DNA from: an uncultured Planctomycetota bacterium
GTDB lineage: Bacteria > Planctomycetota > Planctomycetia > Isosphaerales > Isosphaeraceae
Reading direction: 5' to 3'
Length of the DNA: 64,000 nucleotides
Assembly: GCA_963823665.1 (NCBI GenBank)
Contig: CAWGMQ010000005.1
Location: 1,408,001 to 1,472,000 of the forward strand
Shown piece after piece: positions 21,201-32,888 of this stretch (its first letter is position 1; each line of letters starts with the position of its first letter). Both the position numbers and the translations under genes were made by a program. The notes under the pieces were generated by a model. The model saw only the letters and a list, made by a program, of their open reading frames with translations. It made no database searches and was not told where the DNA came from.

Positions 21201-24200
21201 GTTGCATCCGGCCGCGACGCCGTACGACTCGGCCGTGGTTGTGTCATAGGAGTCGGCACTCGAGGTCGACGTCGTCGACGGTTCCCGTCTGGCCGATCTT
21301 GACGCCGGAGTCGATGCCGGCGGATGCACCGCCGGTGGCATTGGCGATTGCGACGCCCACCCCGGCCGCGACTCCCCCGACATCGCCGCCCAGCGCCTGG
21401 GCCGTCAGCGAGCGAGACAAGTCAGCCGTGATAAATACCTCGCGGCGCCTGCGGGATCGTCACCCCGCTGTCGAGGGTGGCCGATACGGTGCTGCCGTCC
21501 TGGATGTCGACGACCTGGGCGCCCAAGCCGACAGTTCCCGCCGTGCCGGCGTAGGCGGTGCCACTCGAATTGTCGTCGAACTCGGCGTCGACAATCACGG
21601 TGTTGCCGGCGGTCACCGACGCAGTTCTGGTCGATGTACGACTGTGTATTTCCATCGATGTTGGCGATCTCGACCGATCCGCCGATGCCGACCGCCCCGG
21701 CCGACAGGCCGCCCACCATGCCGGTGTAGTTGAGCCGGTCCAGAGCGGTCGACGGTGACGACGCCCCCCGCAGTGACGCTGACACCGGAACCGATGAACG
21801 CCACCGTGCCCTGCGGCACCGCCGTGCTGTCGACCGCGGTCGCGACGGGGTCACCGGTAATCGAGCCGCGCGAGCCCGCTCTGGGCCGAGCTGATGTTGC
21901 CGCTGATATCCTGCGTGTTGCCGGCCGCGCCGTTATTGTTCGGGTCGGTCAGCGAGCCGATCAAAGCGGACGCCGCTCCGGTCTGGCCTTCCGCGTTCGT
22001 GCTGGAGCCGGAGAGCCCGTTGTTCGGCAGGGCTTGAACCGTGCCGTCGCTCGCGTTGCCGTCGGTATAGCCGGCGCTGTAGGGGTCGCCGATCGACCAG
22101 ACCGATACCGACCCGACCAGTCCCACGATTCCAGCGGCGGCACCAGGGCGTAGGTCTGTACGCTGTCATCAGACAGCGCGTTGATGGCGACGTAGTCCGT
22201 TGCATGGACGTCGGCGCCGTTGCCGAGGTAAGCCTGGGTCGAATTGTTCAAGAGGCCGACGTCGACGCCGCCGGCGATCCCGGCGATACCTCCGCCCAGC
22301 CCGCCCGCGAATGAGAAATTGGTGGCCTGGTTGACCGCCGACACGTTGACGGCCTGGTTCGAGCTGGCCCCGCTCGAGCTGGCGTTCAACCGCGCGTCAT
22401 TGCCGACGTACGCCTGCGTGTCGGAGTTGAAGATCTCGACCGACACGCCGCCGGCCAAGCCAGCGAAGAAGCCGGCCGCACCCGCCGCCGCGACATTGGT
22501 GACGTTCTCACTAGTGGCCGCCTGGACCGCGACACCGTAGAACTCCGGGTCAGTTCCGAAGGGCGACCCGTCGTAAGCCCCATCAAAAATGCCTGGAAGG
22601 CTGGAGCCGTTCCCCAGGGCATTGACTGTCGCGTGGCTGCCGATGAACGCCTCGGTGTCCTTGTTCAGGAGAGCAATACCGACCGCCCCGCCTACGCCCG
22701 CACCAGCAGCTCCGACGGAGAGGCTGCCGGTGATCAGGTAGGCAACGGTGTCGTCGGTGGCGTCGACCAGGACGCTGCCGCTGGCGTTGGCTTGTGCGCC
22801 AGCGGAGTCACTCGTCGCGTTATCGCCGATATACGCCCAGGTCGTATCGTTCACGCCGACGTATGAGACCGAACCGCCGACTGCGGCGGTGCCGGCGACC
22901 GCGCCGGCGGCGGCGATCGACAGGACGTCGCCGCTTGAGTGCGCCTCGACCTCGATATTGCCAAGGGCCGTTACCAAAGCGCCGTCGTCGATCGCGGCGG
23001 TGGTCGTGTTGTTGATCACCACCACGACGACCCCCGGCGTGATGCTGGCCGTGCCCGAGATCGAGAGTGCGGCGGCAATCCCCAGGAACGAAGCATCGTT
23101 GCCGGCCGCGACCAGGACCGACTGGCCGGCGCCGGCGCCGCTGTTGCTCGCGTTGATGGCAGCACCTGAGCCGATGTATGCGTCGGTGTGGTTGGTCAGC
23201 ACGGCGACCGAGCCGCTCAAGTTCACGGCGACGGTCCCAGAAACGCCGCCGTCGACTCCGACGCCCTGCAAGGCGTCGGAGTTCACGGCCGTGACCGCCA
23301 GCCCGGCGACCGGCTGCGTCGCGGGCGTGGCGATCCGTTCCTGGTCGAGTCTGGGGCTGGTCAGATTATTGCCCGAGCCGGTCAGGTCGGCACTGATCGG
23401 CTTGGGCTGGGCCACGCCGACCGATGAGGTGTAGGGGGCGTATGAGATGTCAAACTGGCCGTTGTCGGCTTCGATCCCGTTGCCCAATCCCAGGGCGCCG
23501 ACGTGGGCACCGGCCCCGATGAAGGCTTCGGTCGTCTTGGTGATGACCGGTACTCCCGCCGCCGCCCCGACGCTTGCCGTGCCCGAGCCGGAAAAGTTGC
23601 CCGACAGGATGTTGAGCACGGTTTGCTCCGACGCCGCGACCAGGATGTTCCCGCTCGCCTGAACGGTCGTGGCGCCTGAGGTCGGGTTGTCGGGGTCGTC
23701 GCCGATGAACGCCCGCGTGGTGATTCCCAGGACGTAAACTCCAGCCGAGCCGGCGATCGCGACGGTGCCGCTGATCCCAACCGCCCCGGTGACCGAGGTC
23801 AGGTTCTCGGCCGATGTGGCCTGGACAAGGATGTCGCCGTCGGCTGTGACCGTCGACGTTGCAATATATGCCTGTGTGTTCTTGGTGATCGAGTCGATGT
23901 CGACGCCTGCGCCCAAGCCGGCGTCGGCGCCTCCGGCGAGCGCACCGGCCGTGGAGAGGAGAGTGAGCAGGTCGGCCGCCGTGACCATCACGCCCGGGCC
24001 CGCTTCCCGGCGAACCGCCCGTTGCCGTGATGTTCGCCCCCGGCAGGACGTAGGCCAGCGTGGTGTACTTGAGATCGTTCACCGCAGCCGAGCCGGCGAT
24101 GGCCGCCGCCAGCGAGGCCGAGCCGCCCACGGCGGTCGTCTGCAAGTTCTGGAACGCCGTCGCCGTGACCGCTGCCCCGCTGAATGACGTCGTGTCGCCC

Positions 24201-27200
24201 GGCGAGTTGCCGGTGAGCACCTGGATTGCGGCCGTGGTTCCCGCCACCTTGATCGTGTCGTTGACCCCGATGTATGCATCGGTGTTCTCGGTATCGACAA
24301 CCGTCGAGACCGCGGCGCCCACGCTGGCATTGCCGCCCACGTCGAGCTGCCCGGCGAGCGTGGTCACCGCCGACTGATGGTTCGCCTGGACGAGCAGGCT
24401 GCCCTGGGCGTCGACCGTCGTATCGTGGTCGATGAACGCGCTCGTCGTGAGCGACAATTCCTCGATCGAGGCCGCGCCGGCGATGCCCACTGACTCGCCC
24501 AGCCCCGCCGCCGCGCGTGACCGAGTTGAAGGTTCCGTTCGTGTCCGACTCCACCGCCACGTTCTGGGACGCGTCGACGGTTGCCATGATTGGAGATATA
24601 GGCCTGCGTGTCTTCGGTGACGATGTTGACGTCGAGCGCCGCACCGACTCCGACGTTCAGACCGCCACCGACCCCGCCGGCCCAGTCGGTGATCGTCATG
24701 GTGTCGGATGCCGACACGGTCACCCCTTCGTCGGAATTGGCGCTCGGGTAAGTCGCCGTTCCGGTCAAGGTGTTGAGCAACACGTTATTGTTGATGTAGG
24801 CTGTCGTCGTCTCAGTGATCACGTTGACGATGAACGAGCCGGCGACCCCCGTGCCGCCTGACGCGGCGCCGGCACCTGCGGCGAACGCCGTCGGATGGAG
24901 CCCCGAGATATCCGGGATGCCGAATGAAGACGGGATGCTGTCCGCCGACGGTGTAAACGACGACTCGGCCGTGACCTGAGTTCCGTCGGCCACATTCGCC
25001 TGGACGTTCGCATCGATATAACGAGAGCGTCGTGTCGTTCACGACGTTGACGGCGACGGCGGCCCCCGCCCCTGTACTCGCCCCGACACCGAGGGTGAAG
25101 GCGATGTTCTGGAGCGTGTTGTCGCTCGACGATTCGACGGCGAGCGCGCCGAATGACTTGAGCTGGGTGCCGGCGCCGATGGAGGCCTGCGTGTTCACGG
25201 TGATGACGTTGATACCGACCGAGCCCGCGACCCCGACCTGCTTCCCGTTCGCGACTCCCAGCCCCTGCGACGTGAAGTCGTTCACCTTGCCGCTCGTTTC
25301 GAGTGCTGTCACATTCACACCATGCAGCGGAGATGACGTCGGAGGAGCCGATCGTGGCATCGTTGGTCACGTTGGCGACATTCAATGACACGGCGGCGCC
25401 GATGGAATCCTGGTTGGTCTCTGCCTGGCCGTTCGCCAGGGCGTTGGCGCTCGTCTGGTTGGTGGTTCCGGCCGTCAGCATTCCCCCGGACGTGACGGTC
25501 ACACCGTCGTCGATCGAGGCGACCGTGCTGGTCGTGATCACGTTGACCGAGACGGCCGCGGCGACACCCACTTGCGATTGGCCTTTGGCCCCGCCGGAGG
25601 CGCTGCTGGCCTTGCTGCCCGGCGAGGTCAACTGGCTGTTCGATGACGGTGGCGCCGCGACGTTGGGTGCATTCGATCCGCTTTCAGACAAGCCGAAAAC
25701 CGCTTGATTGGCCGTCTCCTGGTCCGCCGTCCCGTTGCTCCCGGTGGTCTTGGAGCTGGAGGAGGGCGCGCCGTTCTCACTGGCCTTGGCGGTGGCCTGG
25801 CTCGACGCAGTGGCGGTCGCGGTGATCGAGACGGCGCCTGAGGCCGTCACGTTGCGGTCCAGATCGGCCAGGAACGAATCTTGCACGTCATTGACGACTA
25901 CAGTGGCCCCTACCCCGACGCTTCCGCCCTGGTCGGCGGCGTCGGCATCGGCCTGCGAAACCACCGTGAACGACCCGCTGGATCCGATCGTGACTGCACC
26001 GGTGGCATCAAGCGTCTGGGTGTCCGAGCCGATGCGGGCAGTCGTCTGGTCGCTCGCGATCACAATCGCGATGCCCGCGCCGACGGCCACCGAGCCGGCC
26101 GCCCCGTTTTTCGCCGTGGTCGTGATCGTGTGGGGCGAGCTCGCGGTCACCGTCACGGCGCCGGCACCCGTCAGGCCCGCGCCGTCCTGCGACCTCTGAG
26201 TCCGTGGTGTCCGAAATGACGTTCAGGGCCAGCGAACCGCCAACGCCTACGCTGGAGGCCGAGGCGCCGCTGTTGGTCGCTGGCACGGCCGTCGCGGTGT
26301 CGGCCGCGTTGTTCGCCGAGGTCAACGAGACGTTTCCGCGGCCGGCGGAGACCGAGGCGCCGGTCTCGATCAGGGCTTGACTGGTGTCGCTCACGATGTT
26401 GATCGCGACCGAGCCGGCCACGCCCACGGTCGCCTTTTTGCCACCGGCTCCGGAGGTCGCCGAGGCGGTGAACGCATTCATTGGAGTGCCAGAGCCCGTC
26501 ATTCCCGCATTGATCGACACGCCCTGGGCGTTGATCGTCGTCGGCTCTCCGCTGGCTGACTGGATCGTCGCCTCGTCCGATGCACTCACCAGGTTCAAGG
26601 CCACTGCCGCCCCGACGCCGATCTGATCCGTCCCCGACGAGTTGCCGCTCGCGGTCGAGGTGGCGCTCGTGGTGTTGGTGGCGCTGAGTCGAGAGCGCGC
26701 CGCCCGTCGACGTGATGGTCAGACCGCTGGGAATCGTGGCATCGGCCTCGCTGTCGGCGATGTTGACGCTGACGGCCGCCGCCACGCTGACCTGGCCGTC
26801 GGAGGTGCTGGCCGAGGGAGTATTCGCAGCGCCGCTCGAGTTGCCGGCGCCAACGGAAGGCATCGCATTGCTTTCCGTGTTGGCGTAGTTTCGCTGCGCC
26901 GTGTTCTGGCTGTCGATGTTGTTGCCGTTCGTGTCTTTACCATCATTCTTGCCGTCGTCGTTATTTCCTCCGGCGGCGCTGGCCTTCGCGCTGGCCGCGC
27001 TCGAGCCTGCGGCGGTGGCCACGAAGGATATGGCGCCGCCTGCGGTGATGTTGCTGGCGGTGGTGGCGATGGTCGAGTCGGTAGCGATCGTGATGGCCAC
27101 CGAGGCGCCGATCGCCGCGCTCGAGCCGGCCGCAGTGCCGCCGGCAGTGTTCGTGGTCGAGCCGGTGTGCGTGGCCGTCGCCGACAGCGCGCCGCTCAGG

Positions 27201-29108
27201 GTAAGGGGGCTCCCGCTGCCAACTTGAGCCGTCGTGGTGTTGCTGGCAATCGAGAGCGCGACGGCGGGGCTGACGGCCACACCGCTTTTCGAGGTGGCCC
27301 CTGTCGTACTCGTCGTGGTCATCGTATCGCTCGAGCCGGCGCCCAGAGTCAAATCGTCGGCGCCCGTCAGTTGTGCCGTGTTTTCGAGGTCGGCTTGCGC
27401 GGTATTCGTGGCAACGTTCAAGGCGAGCGACGCCCCGACGCCGACGTTCGAGCCCATGCTGCCCCCGGTGAAAGGCATCGCTGACGCCGTCTCGGTGACG
27501 TTGTTCTGGGCAGAAAGTGTCACGTCGTCGCCACTGGAGACCGCCAGCGTGTCGCCGGCGTCGACCACTGCGTCACTGGTGTTGGAGACCAGGTTGATGG
27601 CAAGGGCACCGGCCACACCGACGTTCGTGCCGCCTGGCCCGGAAGTCGCCTGGCCACCGTAATTGTTTGAGCCGGGCGTGAGGGTCTGGACCGTGATCGC
27701 CGGTGCAGAGAGATTCGCATTCGCCTGGATCGAGGCCTCGTTGGTCGAATGGGCAAGGTCGATGGCGACGGCGACTCCGACTCCTGTGGCGCCAGTCGTC
27801 GCGCTGCCGTCGGCCGTGGTCGAGTCGCTCGTGCTCGAGCTCGCGTTGATGTTGATCGCGACCACGCCTGAGATCTTTCCGGTTGAGGCAATGTACGCCT
27901 CGGTGTCTCGCGTCAGGTCGGTCACTGCCAGCGCGCCCACAAGCCCGACGGCCCCGTCGCTGGTCTGCGCGTTGTACGTCGTCAGGTCCGTCTGGGTACT
28001 CGGATCGTTTTGAGTCGCGCCCAGAGGCGTCGACTTGGCCGTGGTTGTGGCGGTCGTGTTCGACGTCGACGAGACGGTGACCGTCGAACCCGAGGCGGTG
28101 GCGCTGCCGTCGATGTAGGCTTGGGTAGTCGAATTGACCAGCGAGACGACGACCACGCCGCCAGCGGCGGCCGGCCCAGCCGCCGTGCCGTCGGCGTCCG
28201 CCGTGGCGTTCGTGGTATTCGTCGCCGTCACGGCAAGGTTGCCCCCTGCCGAGATCTTTGCGGAGCCCGAAACCTGCGCGATGGCTCTCGACGTGACGGA
28301 CGAGTTGGCGACCGCCGCATCGACTCCGGTGGAACCCGGTGCGTTGGCGGGCGCGTCCGCGGTGATCATGGCGGTCGAAGTCGCTGCGATCGTGACGTCA
28401 CCTGTGCCGATGATCTGCGAGCCCGTCGCTCGGCGATGTCGGGTCGATCGCGATGGTGGCATTCGAGCCAACGTTCACATTCGCCAGGTTCGCACCCAGG
28501 ACGCCGTTGCCGTTGGTCGAGGCCGTCATCGCCCCGGCGGCGTCGATGGTGATGTCCGCGCCCTCGATCATGGAGCTCGAGATGGTGATCTGGGCACTGG
28601 CCTGGCCGGTCGTGCCGGTCATCGTACTCGTGCCGGGCTCGCTGTCGGCAATCTGAAAGGAGACGTTGCCCGTCGTGCTGAAGCCGCTATTGGTGACGTT
28701 CAGCGTGGTGACGTCCGTGACACTCGCCATCTGACCGAGACTGATCGGGCCCGCGACGCTGCCGAGATCTTTGAAGGTGACACTCTGGTTCGACAGGCTA
28801 TTGCCAGTAATGCTCAGCCCGGACGGAAACGCCGCGGGGCTGAATGCTCCGCCGCCGTAGCCCGTGCCGCTGACATCAACATTCGTGCCGTCAAACGAAA
28901 TCGTTGCACTGTCTCCGGCGGCGCTCAGGGTCACATCCAGAACCGAAGAGTTCACACTCGCGCTGACAGCGAGCAGAGTCCGGTCTTCCAAGACTTGAAC
29001 GATCAGGTCCCGAAACTCCAGGCGCCTGCGCCGCCCCGAAGAGCGAGGCCGAGAATTATCAGCCTGTACATGCCTCGAGCCGAAACGGTGCAACCAGTTG
29101 CGAGTCAT
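12297..29108 (-). CDS. Giant (~5,600 aa) secreted beta-helical adhesin-like protein, split by many frameshifts
   Basis: N-terminal planctomycete export motif RRRRLEF...VLEDRTLLA. Continuous Ala/Gly/Ser/Thr/Val-rich leukotoxin/haemagglutinin-like repeats (GVAGSVAINIVS..TQA.I) run across consecutive minus-strand ORFs with no RBS or intergenic gaps. Ends in a poly-Pro linker and a basic domain. Confidence 0.85.
12858..12920 (-). repeat. Poly-proline linker (21 CCN codons)
   Basis: 63 nt of Pro codons directly before the C-terminal domain. Confidence 0.95.
14260..15080 (-). repeat. Three tandem ~87-aa repeats (TGQAVVYHANGG.VGGLTDG.TYY.IV...I.LA.S) in the giant protein
   Basis: Visible in ORFs 13942..16089 and 12297..14525. 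Related copies lie near 19560-19900 and 56920-57190. Confidence 0.85.
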
Positions 29109-29348
29109 GGGTGTAACTCCGACGGGTCGGACTTACTGAACTAATGATTACGAAGTGCTTTTCTGACCGCTCGGCCCGCGTTAGAATCCCCAGGGAGCCG
29201 GGTCTCTTGTTTCGATCGGGATTGGGGACTTTTGTTCCGCTGTCACCCTCCTTCTACTGGGGGTGTGACCGGGCCGGCTCAAATTGATCTCCGGAGGCGC
29301 TCCTCCAAATCGGGCCAGTTCATCAGTGCACCGCGGGGGACTGGGCGG

Positions 29349-30071
29349 ATGGACCGTAACGAGCTGGACCAACATCTCAGCCGCGTCTCGACGATGTGGA
29401 CGATGGTCCTCCAGGCACACGGCGGCCAGGCCGACTCGGCGGCTCGAGCGCTCGCGGATCTGACACAGCGGTATTCTGGGGTGGTCTACCGCTACCTTCT
29501 CGGGGCCGTTCGCGACCCCGACGCAGCCGCCGAGCTCTCCCAAGAATTCGCCCTTCGCATCCTCCGAGGTGCCTTCCATCGCGCCGACCCCAGCCGTGGC
29601 CGCTTTCGCGACTACTTGAAGACGGCCCTCATCCACCTGGTCGACGACTACCATACGGCCCAGCGATCACGCCCCAGACCGCTCCGGCATGACGTCCCTG
29701 CGGGCTCCCCTCAGGATATCCCGGATACAGACCCGGATTTCCTTGCGAACTGGCGGGCGGAGCTGCTGGAGCGGACATGGAAATCGTTGGCGGACGCCCA
29801 GCCGACCTATCACGCAGTGCTGCTGTTCCGCGTCGAGAACCCCGAAGTCCCCTCGCCCGAGATGGCCGAACAACTCGCCGCTCGGCTGGGCGCATCGATG
29901 CGGCCCGATCAAGTCCGCAAAGCACTCCAGCGGTCCCATGCCAAGTTCGCCGAATTGCTGGTCGACGAGGTCGCCACCTCGCTGGGAGCCCCATCGCGTG
30001 ATGAGCTGGCCGAAGAGCTGCGCGAGCTCGATCTCCTGAAGTACTGCCGCTCCGCTCTGGAGCGGCACTGA
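29349..30071 (+). CDS. ECF-type sigma-70 factor
   Basis: RYSGVVYRYL...DAAAELSQEF...DPSRGRFRDYLKTAL (region 2) and VRKALQRSHAKF (region 4). Confidence 0.85.
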   Translation: MDRNELDQHLSRVSTMWTMVLQAHGGQADSAARALADLTQRYSGVVYRYLLGAVRDPDAAAELSQEFALRILRGAFHRADPSRGRFRDYLKTALIHLVDDYHTAQRSRPRPLRHDVPAGSPQDIPDTDPDFLANWRAELLERTWKSLADAQPTYHAVLLFRVENPEVPSPEMAEQLAARLGASMRPDQVRKALQRSHAKFAELLVDEVATSLGAPSRDELAEELRELDLLKYCRSALERH

Positions 30072-30083
30072 ACGTCGTCAGTT

Positions 30084-32675
30084 TCACCGCTTCTGAAATC
30101 GTCCTAGAAGCTGCCGGAACCGGCCCGACGACCGTAGCGAGTCGAGGTGCTCGTCCGACTTCAACAGCTTGATGCCCTCCGGAATGCGGAAGTAGCCGGC
30201 CTTCTCGGCCGCTTCGAGCATGGTGAGCGCATGCCCGGCGCAGTCCTCGGCAAACGTCTTCGAGTCGACCGGCATCGTGCCCGGCCCGGCCGGGATGACT
30301 TTCGCAGGAAAGCGCAGGTAGACCAGGGCTGCTTCGTAGTAATAGTCGCTGGACTCCGGATGCTCCCGGAGGAGCTTCTCCTCGATCTCCCGCGCGGACC
30401 GGCGGGTCGCTTCGGCCTCCGCCGGCCCACCACGCGCGTCGGCGACCAGGCTCAAGCACCGCAGGTCAAGCGCCAGGTTGTATCGGTAACCCCATGTATC
30501 GGGATGCTCGCGGACCAGCGACTCGAGCAACGCCCGGCACTTTCCCCACGAATCGGCCGCGTGGTCGATCTGCCCGTTGGATTCCAGCACCCCCAGCTCG
30601 TAGTGGCTCTTAGCCAGGAGATGCCGGTAAATGCTCCGCGCTGGCTGCTCGCGGACCAGCCGGCCCATGCGATCGAGCGCCTGAGCAAATCCCTCGGCCG
30701 CTTCGTCGGTCCGTCCGATATCGCGAAGCAGCACCGCCAAATTGAAGTGCGTGAACGCCAGGTCGTAGCGGACGCGGGTCGCGTCCAGGGCGAACGGCGT
30801 GACGGGCAGGTCGGTCCGTGGGCGTGAGGAATCTGGCGCTTCCTCCGCCAGGCCGCCGAAAATCGAAAGCGCGCTACGATACGACTCCTCGGCCCGCTCC
30901 CACTGCTTCTCAGTGCGATACCAGTTGCCCAGGTTCAGCCGGGTCTGCCCCAGGTCGCGGCGAAAGAGGAAGTTGCCGGGTTGCTCACGTACGAGTTGAT
31001 CCCGCAGGGCCAGGGCGCGCTCCCAGTCCACTCCACCCTGTTCATTTTGATTGTTTCGGCGGTGCAAGATGCCCAGGTTGTTGAAGCTGCGCGCCAGATC
31101 GCTGCGGTATTCCGGCCGGTCGGGATGGCGCTGGGCCAACCGCTCCTGAATCGCGATCGGCTCGGCCAGGAGTCTGATCCCCTCCGGAACCGAACGGGCT
31201 TCAGACACCATCACCGCCAGACGCCACCCCGCCCGCGCCCATCCAGCCTGGACGTCGGGATCGTCCGGTCGCTCCTGGGCGATTCGCTGATAAAAGTCGC
31301 GGGCCCGCTCGAGCAAGTCGATCCGCAGAGGGTCCATGGTCGCGACGTTCAGCAGCTTGTTCTCGCTCACCTCGGTGTAGAATCGCTGGACGGCGTCCAG
31401 GGCGAGCCGAAAGTCGGCCTCGGATTGCTGCTGTGCAACCTTGGCGGCGTCACGCTCGGCCTGGGCGATCGCACGTTCACGGCGCAGCCGCGCGTTGTAA
31501 GCGAGGGTCGACGCCAGGAGGGCGACCGCCGCAAGCGTGCTGACGGCGATCACCATCGCCGTGCCCGGATGCCGCCTCGTCCACTTTACGACTCGCTCCC
31601 ACGAGGCCGTGGGACGAGCCTGGATCGGCTTTCCATCCAGATAGCGCCGCAAGTCGTCGGCCAGAGCGCCCGCGCCTGCATAACGCCGTGACGGCTCCTT
31701 CTGAAGGCACCGCAGACAGATCGTCTCCAGGTCGCGAGACATGTGCGGTTGGAGCCGAGTCGGCGGCACTGGGTCCTCCGTCAGCAACTGGTGCACGGTC
31801 TCCTGCGCGGTGGCACCCTTGAATGGCGGCCGGCTCGTCACCATCTCGTACAGAATCGCGCCCAGCGCGTAGACGTCCGTGGCCGGCCCCGTGAGCTTGG
31901 CTTCTCCCCGGGCCTGTTCGGGCGCCATGTAGCTCGGCGTGCCCATGATCGCACCGCTCTGCGTATGCCCCGACGGAACATCCACCCACTTGGCCAGCCC
32001 GAAATCCGTGATCTTGGGGACACCCTCAGCCGTCATGAGCACGTTGGCCGGCTTGAGATCGCGGTGGACGATTCCGTGCTGATGGACATGCTCCATGGCC
32101 CGAGCCAGTGTTTCAGCGAGCCCGGCCGCCGAAACCGGCGCAAACGGGTTCCTGGCCAGCTTCTCGGCCAAGCTGCCGCCCTCGACCAGCTCGAGCGCGA
32201 CGTAGGGAAAGCGATTCTGCTCGCCGACGTCATAGATCGCGACAATGTTGGGATGTTTGAGCCGGGCCGCTGTCTCGGCCTCCACGCGGAACCGCGAGCG
32301 CTCGCCCCAGCCAGCATGCGCCCCGGCCAGCACAACCTTGAGCGCCACCGCGCGGCCGAGGCTCAATTGATGCGCATGATAGACCACTCCCATGCCACCT
32401 CGTCCCAGCTCTCGCAGAATCTCGTACCCCGCAATCAGCGGAGGATCGCCGGCCATTCCCTCCCGCGCCGGACCGACAGCACCAGGGGCGCCAGCGGCTG
32501 CATCCAATCCCGTTTTCGATTCCGCGCGCGCGAAAGGTGGAGGAGGAAGCTCATCCGGGAAATCGGCGTCCATCGAGGAACACTCGGTCGTTCGCGAATG
32601 CTCCGGTTCGCCGCAAACAGGGCAAGACGGAGAGACGTCATCCACCAGGGCGGAGCGGTCGTGCTCGATCGGCAT
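30084..32675 (-). CDS. Hanks-type Ser/Thr protein kinase with one TM helix and C-terminal TPR repeats
   Basis: LGRGGMGVV, VALK, HRDLKPAN, DFGLAK, GTPSYMAPEQ, DVYALG. N-terminal CPVC. The start is uncertain (ORF extends to 32801). Confidence 0.95.
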   Translation of the reverse strand: MPIEHDRSALVDDVSPSCPVCGEPEHSRTTECSSMDADFPDELPPPPFARAESKTGLDAAAGAPGAVGPAREGMAGDPPLIAGYEILRELGRGGMGVVYHAHQLSLGRAVALKVVLAGAHAGWGERSRFRVEAETAARLKHPNIVAIYDVGEQNRFPYVALELVEGGSLAEKLARNPFAPVSAAGLAETLARAMEHVHQHGIVHRDLKPANVLMTAEGVPKITDFGLAKWVDVPSGHTQSGAIMGTPSYMAPEQARGEAKLTGPATDVYALGAILYEMVTSRPPFKGATAQETVHQLLTEDPVPPTRLQPHMSRDLETICLRCLQKEPSRRYAGAGALADDLRRYLDGKPIQARPTASWERVVKWTRRHPGTAMVIAVSTLAAVALLASTLAYNARLRRERAIAQAERDAAKVAQQQSEADFRLALDAVQRFYTEVSENKLLNVATMDPLRIDLLERARDFYQRIAQERPDDPDVQAGWARAGWRLAVMVSEARSVPEGIRLLAEPIAIQERLAQRHPDRPEYRSDLARSFNNLGILHRRNNQNEQGGVDWERALALRDQLVREQPGNFLFRRDLGQTRLNLGNWYRTEKQWERAEESYRSALSIFGGLAEEAPDSSRPRTDLPVTPFALDATRVRYDLAFTHFNLAVLLRDIGRTDEAAEGFAQALDRMGRLVREQPARSIYRHLLAKSHYELGVLESNGQIDHAADSWGKCRALLESLVREHPDTWGYRYNLALDLRCLSLVADARGGPAEAEATRRSAREIEEKLLREHPESSDYYYEAALVYLRFPAKVIPAGPGTMPVDSKTFAEDCAGHALTMLEAAEKAGYFRIPEGIKLLKSDEHLDSLRSSGRFRQLLGRFQKR

Positions 32676-32888
32676 CGGCCAGTCCCCATATCTTCGAATG
32701 TTGCGAGACGTGAGATAGAAACGGGAAATCCTCATCGGTCTCGGAGCGCTGACTGTGAGGCGCATCCGCTGCGGCCGCGTACCCGCAGTGACTTCAATCA
32801 TCTCATCCAGAGCCGGGAGTTTCTACCGGCAACAACGAGTTGATTGTCAGTGGCTGTGGCTCCAAGTCTTTCGCGGTTCCTTATCCGC

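Noticed and set aside
12813..29144. Many long + strand ORFs, including the poly-Gly ORF at 12820
   Set aside because: Antisense shadows of the high-GC giant gene.
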